In this document: piece after piece, positions 48,766 through 58,160 of the stretch | Position numbering within the stretch: position 1 is the first letter of the stretch | How the letters are laid out: the number at the start of each line of letters is the position of its first letter | Assembly: GCA_963664295.1 (NCBI GenBank) | Contig: OY760935.1 | Location: 1,024,001-1,088,000, forward strand | Length of the DNA stretch: 64,000 nt | DNA from: Candidatus Altimarinota bacterium | GTDB taxonomy: Bacteria > Patescibacteriota > Gracilibacteria > CAIRYL01 > GCA-016699755 | Direction: 5' to 3' | Translations under genes and position numbers: made by a program | The notes under the pieces: model-generated | The model's database searches: none | Seen by the model: the letters and a program-made list of their open reading frames with translations, nothing else | What the model was told of the DNA's origin: nothing

Positions 48766-50054
48766 AATTTTTTAAAAAAGGCTTTTGCTCCTCTTTTTTT
48801 AAAATAAATTTTTGCCAATTTAAAATAATTTGGCTTCATTTTTATTAGTTTTCTTTTGTCAGGAGCAAGTTGTGGATTTTTTATCCATTCTAGAACAGGT
48901 TTCATGCATATTTTGTCAGAATATTTTTCTTTAAGCAACTTTTGTCCGTTTTTAACTAGTTTTTCTTGCAGTTTTTTGTCCTTACTTAATTTGTAAATTA
49001 TTTCTGCTAAGTTTTTATGGTCTCCGTTGTTAACTCCCAAACCTGCCTCATGCTCAACAATTTCTTTTGCTATTTCACTGCCCAATGTTGTAATTATTGT
49101 TTTGGAAAATTTTAAGCTTTCTGTGAGTCTGTTGCGTGCTCCCATTGTTGTTTCTGTGCAGTCAAAGTCTGTGTTGATAATGGAATTTGACTGAGCGTAA
49201 ACTAAGGGAATTTTTTCAGTTTTTATCCAGCCTAAAAGATGAAAATGGTTTTTGAATTTTGATTTTTTTATTCTTTTGTGAAAGCGAGGATAAGAATCCT
49301 CATCAACTCCTTTTATTGCCCCTCCTGTTGTTATGAAATGAATTTTGGGATTTTTTTTCATAGCTTTTTCAAGCCCTTTAAACAATGTTTCTTCATCAAA
49401 CCAAGCATTAAAACCACCTATCTGCCCAACAACAAAAGCATTTTTTGGTAAATCAATAATTTCTTTTTTTGTTTTATTAATATCAGTTTTGAATTTTTTA
49501 GTGCTATTTCTAATTACTGATATTGTCTGATCGCAAAAATTTTGCCTGGAAAGCCTGCCAAGCATGGCGAGTTCTCCAATAATTGCGTGTTTTTGTGGGG
49601 TGGAAACAACAGAAATTTTATCTGCTTTTTCAAGAATTGCCTTTTCTAGTTTATAAGCATAGGGAATAAACGCATTTGAACCGAGTGATTTGCTTTGTGC
49701 TTGTATTTCTGCCATTAACCAGCCATTAAGATCAGCCCAAAATGGTGTTTTTTTGTCAACAATTTGAGACGCAATGTAAGAAGGGTAGTTATTAACACCG
49801 ATTAAAATATCTGGTTGAAAATTTTTAAATATTTTTTTAATTTTTTTTGCATCTTCTTTGGTTTTTTTAAAATGAGTAAAAACAGAAAACCGACGACAGG
49901 TTTTGCTTTTTGACTCATCTTCTATTGTGACAAGACAAATTTTATTACCTTTTTTTAATATTGAAATAAATTGTTCTGTTCTTAGTCCAGCGGCAGATCT
50001 GATACCTTTTTTTTCGTTTGGTAATGGGCCTGCTCCAATAATCATTATTTTCAT
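48747..50054 (-). CDS. Glycosyltransferase, GT-B/family 4-like
   Basis: EKAILEKADKI.VVS, LLGWI, R..ESL...KTIITT, G.GV..GD...LAE. Confidence 0.8.
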   Translation of the reverse strand: MKIMIIGAGPLPNEKKGIRSAAGLRTEQFISILKKGNKICLVTIEDESKSKTCRRFSVFTHFKKTKEDAKKIKKIFKNFQPDILIGVNNYPSYIASQIVDKKTPFWADLNGWLMAEIQAQSKSLGSNAFIPYAYKLEKAILEKADKISVVSTPQKHAIIGELAMLGRLSRQNFCDQTISVIRNSTKKFKTDINKTKKEIIDLPKNAFVVGQIGGFNAWFDEETLFKGLEKAMKKNPKIHFITTGGAIKGVDEDSYPRFHKRIKKSKFKNHFHLLGWIKTEKIPLVYAQSNSIINTDFDCTETTMGARNRLTESLKFSKTIITTLGSEIAKEIVEHEAGLGVNNGDHKNLAEIIYKLSKDKKLQEKLVKNGQKLLKEKYSDKICMKPVLEWIKNPQLAPDKRKLIKMKPNYFKLAKIYFKKRGAKAFFKKLWRKIK

Positions 50055-50149
50055 AATTTTATTTTAACAATTTTTTATCTCGTCTGTTAATCTTAACTTT
50101 GATTATTTTATTTTTTTTTGCCAAAATAGGCAGGCATTTTTAAAACCTA

Positions 50150-51535
50150 ATGTCATTGTATATTTACAACACATCTTCAAAAGACAAAGAAGAGTTTAAG
50201 CCTATTGATAATAATGAAGTAAAAATTTATTCTTGTGGGCCTACTGTCTATAATGTGCCACATATTGGCAATTTGCGTGCCTTTGTCTTTGCAGATAGCC
50301 TTTATCGCTGGTTGAAATATGGCGAAAAATATGAAACTAAATGGGTAATGAATATTACTGATGTTGACGATAAAACCATTCGTGATTCTCAAAAAGAATA
50401 TCCAGAATTATCCGCAGAAGAAGCTTTAAAAAAATTTACTCGCAAATACGAAGACGCTTTTTTTGCAGATTTAGAAAAAATTAACATAAAAAAAGACTCT
50501 TTTATAGAAAATCCTAGGGCAACAGAATATATAAAAGCCATGCAAGACCTTACAAAAGATATTTATGAACAAGGTTTTGCAAAAATTGTTGATGGGTCTG
50601 TGTTTTTTGATGTTAAAAAATACACAGAAAGTAATAAATATGGTGTTTTGCTTAATCTTAATTTAGATAATTTAAAATCTGGCACACGCACACTTGCAGA
50701 CGAAATTGAAAAAGAAAATGTACAGGATTTCGCACTTTGGAAAGGAAAAAAAGAGGGTGAGCCATGTTGGGATTTTGAATTAGACGGACAAAGTTTGCCA
50801 GGAAGACCTGGTTGGCATATTGAATGTTCTGCTATGAGCTCTGTCTTGCTTGGTTTGCCTTTTGATATTCATACTGGTGGAATTGATCTTGTTTTTCCTC
50901 ACCATGAGAATGAAATTGCACAAGCACAAGCAGGTTGGAATAAAAAAACTGCTAATTTTTGGGTACATAATGAGCACCTGATGGTTGAAGGTAAAAAAAT
51001 GTCTAAATCATTGGGTAATTTTTATGTTTTACAAGATTTAATAGATAAAGGAGTTGACCCCGAAGTAATTCGTTTCTTTTTTATTAGCAATCACTACCGA
51101 GCAAAAATAAATTTATCTGAAGATTCTTTGCAAAATGCTGAAAACACTCTTCAAAAAATTAGAAATCAACTAGCCATTAAAGAAGGCGGTTCAATGTCTA
51201 CTGAAGAAAAAAAGCAGGAATTTTATCAAGCTATGCAAGATGACTTAAATACTCCTGTTGCTTTTTCTGTTCTTTTTGAGCTTTTGAAAGGTGATTATAA
51301 AAAAGATGAAGTTGAAGACTTTTTTAAATTTGCTGAAAAAGTTTTTGGTGTGAGATTTTTGCCAAAAAACGAACAAATTCCAGAAAAAATTCAAAAAATA
51401 GCCCAAGATCGCTGGCAAGCGAAAAAAGATAAAAATTTTGAACTTGCTGATGATTTAAGAAAAAAAGCCCTTGAAGAAGGTTATGAAATCAGGGATACTG
51501 CTGACTCTTATGAAATACTGCCCTTAAAGCAATGA
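50150..51535 (+). CDS. cysS: Cysteine--tRNA ligase
   Basis: CGPTVY, HIGN, GRPGWHIECSAM, FPHHENE, KMSKS. Confidence 0.98.
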   Translation: MSLYIYNTSSKDKEEFKPIDNNEVKIYSCGPTVYNVPHIGNLRAFVFADSLYRWLKYGEKYETKWVMNITDVDDKTIRDSQKEYPELSAEEALKKFTRKYEDAFFADLEKINIKKDSFIENPRATEYIKAMQDLTKDIYEQGFAKIVDGSVFFDVKKYTESNKYGVLLNLNLDNLKSGTRTLADEIEKENVQDFALWKGKKEGEPCWDFELDGQSLPGRPGWHIECSAMSSVLLGLPFDIHTGGIDLVFPHHENEIAQAQAGWNKKTANFWVHNEHLMVEGKKMSKSLGNFYVLQDLIDKGVDPEVIRFFFISNHYRAKINLSEDSLQNAENTLQKIRNQLAIKEGGSMSTEEKKQEFYQAMQDDLNTPVAFSVLFELLKGDYKKDEVEDFFKFAEKVFGVRFLPKNEQIPEKIQKIAQDRWQAKKDKNFELADDLRKKALEEGYEIRDTADSYEILPLKQ

Positions 51536-52455
51536 GATATAAATTATTGAAACTTTTGCCGAAAATTATTATTACCATTATTTTTTTTGGTGCGATTATT
51601 TTTTCGTTACTTTTTTCCAAGGGTATTAGATTTGACTCCGACAGTGGTCAATTTATTCAAACAGGAATATTAGAAGTTTCCTCTGCGCCAAAAGGTGCGA
51701 TTATTTTTTTAGACAATAAATACATAGATACAACGCCTACTTTTATAAGGAGTGTGCCTTTGCAAAATATCACCGTAAGATTGGAAAAAAGCGGTTATTA
51801 TCATTGGCAAAAAGTAGTTAAAATTAGTGAGGATACAGTAATTCGCCTTAAAGACATACCACTTGCACCAAAAGATAATAAAAAAATAAAAAAATTAGCA
51901 TCAAAAGAAAAAGTCTTAGTTGATCCACTAAAAAAAGGCCTTGTTATTGTTTATGATGATCTTAATGTTATCAATATTATTAATTTTTCTGACCCAGAAG
52001 ATGAAATAGTATTTTTTAATGAAGATATTGGTAATATTTCTTTCACAGACTATGGAGAATTGATTATTAATGGCAAAAGAACAGGAAATACGAATATTTT
52101 TAGTAAAATAAAAAACGAACCAAGGCCAGTAGAGCAGGAAAAAAGCAGAATTTCCTATAAAGGTGAATATCTTCTTTTTATTAGAGATAAATCTTTATGG
52201 AAATACAACACAACAACAGAAGAAAGTGTTTTAATTAAAGAGTTTTCTGAGCTTATAGATGGTGCGTTTTGGTTTCAAGATAGTTTCTCTATTGTTGTTG
52301 CCCTAAAAAACAAAATATTGCTCATAGATCATGATGGAGAAAATGAAAGGATTTTGTTTCAAAAAGAACCAGGAGAAAATATTTACTTTAGCTTAGACAT
52401 GAAAGAGCTTTTTTGGTTAAATAATGATTATTGGTATAAATATAGTTTTGAGTAA
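51532..52455 (+). CDS. PEGA-domain membrane protein
   Basis: N-terminal TM, TG.L.VSS.P.GA.IFLD...TTP...EKSGY..W. Confidence 0.8.
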   Translation: MRYKLLKLLPKIIITIIFFGAIIFSLLFSKGIRFDSDSGQFIQTGILEVSSAPKGAIIFLDNKYIDTTPTFIRSVPLQNITVRLEKSGYYHWQKVVKISEDTVIRLKDIPLAPKDNKKIKKLASKEKVLVDPLKKGLVIVYDDLNVINIINFSDPEDEIVFFNEDIGNISFTDYGELIINGKRTGNTNIFSKIKNEPRPVEQEKSRISYKGEYLLFIRDKSLWKYNTTTEESVLIKEFSELIDGAFWFQDSFSIVVALKNKILLIDHDGENERILFQKEPGENIYFSLDMKELFWLNNDYWYKYSFE

Positions 52456-52668
52456 TAGAAATATTCTTATAAAATAAAAAATTTATTTGACAAGAAAAAA
52501 AGTTTATCTTTAAAACAAAAAATAAATTAACGCAAGACGAAATAGTGAAACAAATTTGTGTCATATGCGTTTAAAATTGCGACTACTTAGCCAAAAAAAT
52601 CGCTTAATAAGCCAAAATATAAAAAAGTAAAAAAAGACAAATCAATCAGAAACAGCCAATTAAGGCGT

Positions 52669-52696
52669 TTGACAGTGTATATATATCAATTAGAAT
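52669..52696 (+). promoter_or_regulatory. Putative sigma-70 promoter of the S-layer gene (about 300-nt leader)
   Basis: TTGACA-N16-TAGAAT. Confidence 0.5.
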
Positions 52697-52998
52697 AGCG
52701 ATAAATAGGCAAAAACTATAAATTATTGAGAATTAACGCTTTCAAGAAATAATCTTGAAATGCGGTCAGATAAAAATATGCCCTTTAAAAATCAGGCAAA
52801 AAAGAAACAAAGAATATAATAATTGAGAGGTTAGATAATTATATCCTTATATATATAATTATTTTTTGCGAGGACATAGAAGTAAATAACTCCTTTTCGG
52901 TCTACCGACATTATATTAGTAATGATCGGTTGTTCCTATATACACAGAGCTTTTCGCTCTAAAACAAAATTTTTATTAAAATTTTATCTTTTTAACTT

Positions 52999-55900
52999 AT
53001 GGAAACTCTTAAAAGATTCCTTGCGAGTTTCTCAGCTATTGCACTTCTACTTTCAGTAGCAGTACTTCCAGCTTCGGCTGCGACGTTTTCTGATATTGAA
53101 GGTCACTGGAGTGAAGAATTCGTTGAGACACTTGTGGACGAAGGTTTGGTTTCAACAGACCATGAAAACTATCGTCCAGATGATTATCTTAACCGTGCAG
53201 AGTTAGCCAAGCTAGTAGTTGAAGCAAATGACGGCATCATTCCTGGTGTTACAGAAGCTCCAACTTTCTCAGACGTGGCAAAAGATGCATGGTACTACGA
53301 TTATGTTGAAACAGCATATGCTCTTGGCATTGTTGGTGGTTACGGTGACGGGACTTTTGGTCCACAAGACAACGTAACACGTGAACAAGCTGTTAAAATG
53401 ATCGTGGAAGGTCTTTCAGTTCCTACTGATTTAGACCCAGCAGAACAATTCCCTGATGTTTCATCAAGCGATTGGTCTGTTGACTACATTACAACAGCTG
53501 TTAATCAATGTATAGTTGGTGGTTATGCTAATGGTAATTTTGGTCCACAAGATTTAGTTACTCGTGGTCAAGTTGCAAAAATGTTAGCAAAAGCTATGGA
53601 CTACGGTTGTGATGCAGACGACGCTGGTGATGACGCTGGTGACGACGACGACGCTGGTGATGACGCTGGTGACGACGACGATGCTGATGTAACTCCTGTT
53701 AGCGAAGGTACAGTTGAGGTTAGCCTTTCTGCTGATAATCCAGCAGGTCAAACTGTTCCAAACAATGGTACAAATGTTCCTTACCTTGTACTAGACTTTA
53801 CAGCTGGTAATGGTGAAGACGTTGAAGTTACAAACTTGACTATTTCTATTGCTGGTCTTGGTAACGAGAACAACTATAATGAGGTTAAAGTTTTTGATGG
53901 TTTTGACCAACTTGGTTCTGGTAGAAGCTTCTCAAGTGCTACTAATCAAGCTGCTTTAAACCTAACAACTGATCCAATTAAAGTTGAATCTGGTACTACA
54001 AAAACAATTGTAGTTGCTGCCGACATGGCTGCTGCTACAGTGGCTGGTACTGAAAACTATTTCTCAGTTGACTCAGTTGAAAGTGTTATGGCTTTTGGTG
54101 CTGAAACAGGTGGCGAAGTTGAAGTAGCCGGTGATTTCCCACTAAGAGGTAACATTATGACAATTGGTAGCGTTCCGGTTGGTGCTCTTGACTTCACAGA
54201 AAAGACAACAAGCGATACTAATGCTGATATTGGTGAAGAACAAGTGCAGGTTTCACGCTTCGAAATTGCAGCTGACGGTGCTGAAGATATATTAGTTAAA
54301 GCTATTACTTTTAAACAAGTTGGAACTGCTGATACTGATGAGATTGCTAATGTTTCTCTTTGGTATGGTGATACTCAACTTGGTGAAACAGCTGAAACAG
54401 TTGGCGCTGGCGATAAAGTGACAATCGACCTTACAGGTATGGCTGATGGCGGTTGGATTCTTGAAGACGGCACAGCAAGAACTCTTTGGGTAAAATGTGA
54501 CATCATTAAAGGTGTTGGTAAAAATATCACTTTTGAAATTGATGAGCCATCAGAAGATGTTATTGCTGAAGGCTTAACTTACGGCTTTAACGTTGGTATG
54601 GGTGATTGGTGTAAAGGTGCAGGTGGCACTACATCTGCTGGTGCTGGTTGTGCTGGTGTTAATGCTACTGCTGTTGATATTAATGGTGGTACACTTAACT
54701 TCGCATTTACATCAACTGCTCGTGATGTTGCTCCTGATACAGGTGATATAGAATTTGGTGTTCTTACAATTGAAAACGCAGGTGAACCTGTGACAATTAA
54801 AACACTTGATCTTATTCTTGATCCAACTGCTGGTGTTGGTACAGCTAATAACAACAAAATTACAGATGTAAAACTTGTTGACGCTGATACAGGACAAACA
54901 GTTTCTGGTCCAGAAGATCCAGCAGCTTCTGCTATTGCTGCAGCTACTACATTCGGTGATGATTTCTTCATTGATAGTGGTGAATCTTTAACTCTTCAAT
55001 TGTTAGCTGATGTTGAAAACACAGCTGCAACTGGTGAAAAATACAGCTTTGCTCTTGATATGAGCACTATTGAATACAAAGGTGAAACATCTGGTGATGA
55101 CTTTACTTGTCTTGCTGGTGGTGATGACGACTGTAAACCAACAGCTGATCCAGACACAAAAGATTACACAATTGCTCAGCCTACTGTAACTTTCAGTCAA
55201 AAAACAATTGCTGGTCAGATTTATGTATCTAAAGCTGAACAAATTGTTCTTTGGGAAGGTACAGCAAAAGCTAATGATGCTGAAGATGTAAAAATTACAG
55301 AACTTGTGTTCACAGAAACAACAGGTTGTTCTGGTGCTGCTTGTAATGGTAATGGTCATACAGACAACATTGAAAACCTTGCTATCTACACAAAGAAAGG
55401 TAGTTCAACTACTCTTCAAGAAAGTGGTGTAAGCATGGGAGCTTTGACTGGTCCTAATACTACTCCTACTAACACTACATCAACCGTTACATTTACAGAG
55501 CTTGATGAAGATGGATCAAGTGGTATTGCTCTTTCAGCTGGTGAAGAAGTTACAATTATCTTGAAAGGTAATGTTGCTTCAACAATAGTTCACCAAGATA
55601 GTGGTACTGGTACTCCAACTGCAACATTTAGTATCAACCCAGCTGGTGGTGATGCTTCAGCAGAAAACCTAGAAGGTACTGCTGCTACAGTTGTTGGTGG
55701 TTTACTAACTGCAACAGCTCAAACTCTTGCAAACTCAGGTTCTCTAACAGTTGAACTAAACACAGATACTCCAGATGCTCAACTTCTTGTTGCTGGCACA
55801 GAAAATGTAGAAATTGCTACATTTGACTTTGATGCTGACGATGAAGATGCTGACATCGAAGATCTTACTGTTGAATTCACACCAGCCGGTGCTGCAAACC

Positions 55901-57207
55901 AAGTTAATACATTAGTTCCTGGTGGAACTATTGAAGCTGCTGATACATTCACAGTTAAAATCACTAATGATGACGCTGCTCTTACTAACAACACAATAAC
56001 AGTTACTGGTAATGCTACAGCTGCTCTTACAGCTGCTGCTCTTACAGCTGCTATCAATGCTGATCCAACACTTTCTGGTTTTGTGACAGCTGCTACAGTT
56101 GGTGGTACTACAACTACTGTAACCGCTAACACTGCTGGTACAGCCTTCACTCTTGAAGCTAGTGCTACAGACGGTGGTGCAGACACTACTCAAAGAATTA
56201 ACAATGTTAAAACAACAGCTAATGTACCTGCTACATCAACAAATGCTATTGATTCAGTAGCTCTATTCTATGATGATGGTACTCCAGTGTTGAAAAACAA
56301 TGGTAGCGCTGCTACAACAGCAGACATCACAGCTAATCTAGCTGAATTAACTGGTCTTGACCTTGTTATCGATAAAGATAATGCATCAGACACAGTTATT
56401 GGTGTTTATGTAACATTGAACGACATTTCAGATACTGATATTGCACGCAGTAACATGCAATTCTCAGCTAACCTATCATTTGGTGCTGGTGAATATGATA
56501 TCACTGGTTTCTCATCAGGTACTGACTACGTTGCAGTAACTGTAGATGGAACAGGAACCAACACTGATGTTGGTAATACAATGTATGTATTTGCTAACAA
56601 AGTTGTTGCTAGTGAAACTCTTAACTCAAGTGGTAATCCAGAAGCTGATACTCTATTATCTGATGGTTGGAAAAATGCTGCTAAAATCACTCTTACAAGA
56701 GGCTCTAAAAATGCATATTTGAAAGAACTTTCAGTAGACATTAACCAATCTATTGGTGCTGCTTCTTCATATGGTGTTTGTGAGCTAAGACTTAAAAACG
56801 GTAGTGGTGACCTCATCGCTTCTATTGATGCTGGTGCTGCTGCTCCATTATCTGGTACACAAACTTTCACAGTTGGTACTTGTGCTACTGGTACTTGTGC
56901 GCAATCTGATCTTGTTAATCTTCGCGATGTAATTTCTGAAGATGAAGTTTACACTGTTGAAGCTGACGTTGAAGGTTTGGACTTAGTTAACACTAACCCT
57001 GCTGCTGTTTGTGACGGTAGTGCTACTATATTTGATGACAATGACAAATTAGAATTTGAAATTGCTATCAACGGTAATACTCCAAACACAGCTGATGATT
57101 ATATTAAATGGGAAGATTATGGTACAAACGGTAAAGATGGTGCTGAGATCAAATGGATTGATCTTGGTAACAGTACTGTACAGAAAATCTCTAATACTCT
57201 TCAATAA
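52999..57207 (+). CDS. Major S-layer protein (three N-terminal SLH repeats)
   Basis: Signal peptide, SLH x3, Asp-rich linker, acidic Thr/Ala/Gly-rich beta body, strong GGT/GCT codon bias, long leader and strong terminator. Confidence 0.88.
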   Translation: METLKRFLASFSAIALLLSVAVLPASAATFSDIEGHWSEEFVETLVDEGLVSTDHENYRPDDYLNRAELAKLVVEANDGIIPGVTEAPTFSDVAKDAWYYDYVETAYALGIVGGYGDGTFGPQDNVTREQAVKMIVEGLSVPTDLDPAEQFPDVSSSDWSVDYITTAVNQCIVGGYANGNFGPQDLVTRGQVAKMLAKAMDYGCDADDAGDDAGDDDDAGDDAGDDDDADVTPVSEGTVEVSLSADNPAGQTVPNNGTNVPYLVLDFTAGNGEDVEVTNLTISIAGLGNENNYNEVKVFDGFDQLGSGRSFSSATNQAALNLTTDPIKVESGTTKTIVVAADMAAATVAGTENYFSVDSVESVMAFGAETGGEVEVAGDFPLRGNIMTIGSVPVGALDFTEKTTSDTNADIGEEQVQVSRFEIAADGAEDILVKAITFKQVGTADTDEIANVSLWYGDTQLGETAETVGAGDKVTIDLTGMADGGWILEDGTARTLWVKCDIIKGVGKNITFEIDEPSEDVIAEGLTYGFNVGMGDWCKGAGGTTSAGAGCAGVNATAVDINGGTLNFAFTSTARDVAPDTGDIEFGVLTIENAGEPVTIKTLDLILDPTAGVGTANNNKITDVKLVDADTGQTVSGPEDPAASAIAAATTFGDDFFIDSGESLTLQLLADVENTAATGEKYSFALDMSTIEYKGETSGDDFTCLAGGDDDCKPTADPDTKDYTIAQPTVTFSQKTIAGQIYVSKAEQIVLWEGTAKANDAEDVKITELVFTETTGCSGAACNGNGHTDNIENLAIYTKKGSSTTLQESGVSMGALTGPNTTPTNTTSTVTFTELDEDGSSGIALSAGEEVTIILKGNVASTIVHQDSGTGTPTATFSINPAGGDASAENLEGTAATVVGGLLTATAQTLANSGSLTVELNTDTPDAQLLVAGTENVEIATFDFDADDEDADIEDLTVEFTPAGAANQVNTLVPGGTIEAADTFTVKITNDDAALTNNTITVTGNATAALTAAALTAAINADPTLSGFVTAATVGGTTTTVTANTAGTAFTLEASATDGGADTTQRINNVKTTANVPATSTNAIDSVALFYDDGTPVLKNNGSAATTADITANLAELTGLDLVIDKDNASDTVIGVYVTLNDISDTDIARSNMQFSANLSFGAGEYDITGFSSGTDYVAVTVDGTGTNTDVGNTMYVFANKVVASETLNSSGNPEADTLLSDGWKNAAKITLTRGSKNAYLKELSVDINQSIGAASSYGVCELRLKNGSGDLIASIDAGAAAPLSGTQTFTVGTCATGTCAQSDLVNLRDVISEDEVYTVEADVEGLDLVNTNPAAVCDGSATIFDDNDKLEFEIAINGNTPNTADDYIKWEDYGTNGKDGAEIKWIDLGNSTVQKISNTLQ
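53617..53682 (+). repeat. Approximately 30-bp in-frame tandem repeat encoding the DDAGDDAGDD linker
   Basis: GACGACGCTGGTGATGACGCTGGTGACGAC occurs twice in tandem. Confidence 0.8.
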
Positions 57208-57227
57208 TAAGTTTTATACTTAGAAAT

Positions 57228-57261
57228 AAAAAAAAGCCCTCCTAAACTGGAGGGCTTTTTT
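57228..57261 (+). terminator. Intrinsic terminator after the S-layer gene
   Basis: AAAAAGCCCTCC-TAAACT-GGAGGGCTTTTTT. Confidence 0.9.
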
Positions 57262-57349
57262 GTTGTGTAAATTTTTAAGTAATTTTTTCTTTAAAATTGA
57301 CTTGATATAAATTATATGCGATTATGTCCGGGCAATTTTTGAACAATAT

Positions 57350-57424
57350 TGCCCGGTAGCCAAGCGGTAAGGCAGGGGACTTTGAATCCTCCATGCGTAG
57401 GTTCGAATCCTACCCGGGCAGCCA
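57350..57424 (+). tRNA. tRNA-Gln(TTG)
   Basis: Acceptor TGCCCGG/CCGGGCA, anticodon loop CTTTGAA, GGTTCGAATCC, CCA. Confidence 0.96.
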
Positions 57425-57434
57425 TTTAAAAACA

Positions 57435-57459
57435 GTTGTCACAAAGTGACAATTTTTTT
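57435..57459 (+). terminator. Terminator-like hairpin after tRNA-Gln
   Basis: TTGTCAC-AAA-GTGACAA-TTTTTTT. Confidence 0.7.
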
Positions 57460-57466
57460 AAATTAT

Positions 57467-57610
57467 TGTTTAGGTAGGACCGAGAACCTGGTTCGACAGC
57501 TAGGAGCCCGAGTGCAAGTGTATGCTTGCATTAAGCTTGCCGAGGGCGACGACGATGCCTTATTTTGCGAGGTGAAACCGAGCAAAATGAGCATCCTACC
57601 CGGGCAGCCA
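57467..57610 (+). repeat. RtT-like element ending in a duplicate of the tRNA-Gln 3' 18 nt
   Basis: ATCCTACCCGGGCAGCCA at 57407 and 57593 (period 186); GGTTCGA at 57490 followed by a 96-nt structured insert. Confidence 0.88.
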
Positions 57611-57719
57611 GTTGCTTAGCGAGAATTATGTTTAAGTGGGTTTTTTGCATAGTTTCAAATTGTCTTCAGAAAACAATTATATTAAACTAAAAAAGATAAA
57701 AAATTTAACCACAAAAGAC

Positions 57720-58160
57720 ATGAAAGTAAGAATTCATAAACTTAGAGATGATGTAGAAATACCAAAATTTGAAACAGAAGGGTCAGTAGGTTTTGACCTA
57801 GCGTCTGCTGATGATGTAGAAATTCAGCCTCGTGAAATAAAACTAATTTCAACAGGATTTGTCATTGAAGTCCCAAAAGGATATGCACTAATTCTTGCTT
57901 CAAGAAGTTCAACTCCAAAAAAGAAAGGACTAAAAATGCCCCATGGAATTGGAGTAATAGACCAAGACTATTGTGGTAAAGATGATGAAATTAAAATTCA
58001 GGTTTATAATTTCACAAATGAGCCTGTTTTGATAAAAAAAGGTGACAAAATAGCCCAAGGGCTGTTCATGCGTGCAGAAATCGCAAATTTTGAGCTTATA
58101 GATGAAGCTCCTTCTGAAAAAATCAGAGGAGGTTTTGGCTCAACAGGTGGTCACAATTAA
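57720..58160 (+). CDS. dut: dUTPase
   Basis: GSVGFDL, SRSS, GVIDQDY.G, GDKIAQG, RGGFGSTG; start placed at MKVRIH. Confidence 0.95.
   Translation: MKVRIHKLRDDVEIPKFETEGSVGFDLASADDVEIQPREIKLISTGFVIEVPKGYALILASRSSTPKKKGLKMPHGIGVIDQDYCGKDDEIKIQVYNFTNEPVLIKKGDKIAQGLFMRAEIANFELIDEAPSEKIRGGFGSTGGHN

Noticed and set aside
54579-56870. Several long antisense ORFs within the S-layer gene (and similar ones in ftsH, clpB, guaB)
   Set aside because: Shadow ORFs caused by codon bias of the real genes
43758-57610. tRNA 3'-end duplications as attL/attR of a prophage or island
   Set aside because: Duplicates are only 80-189 bp apart, there is no integrase or cargo between them, and one set duplicates the 5' end
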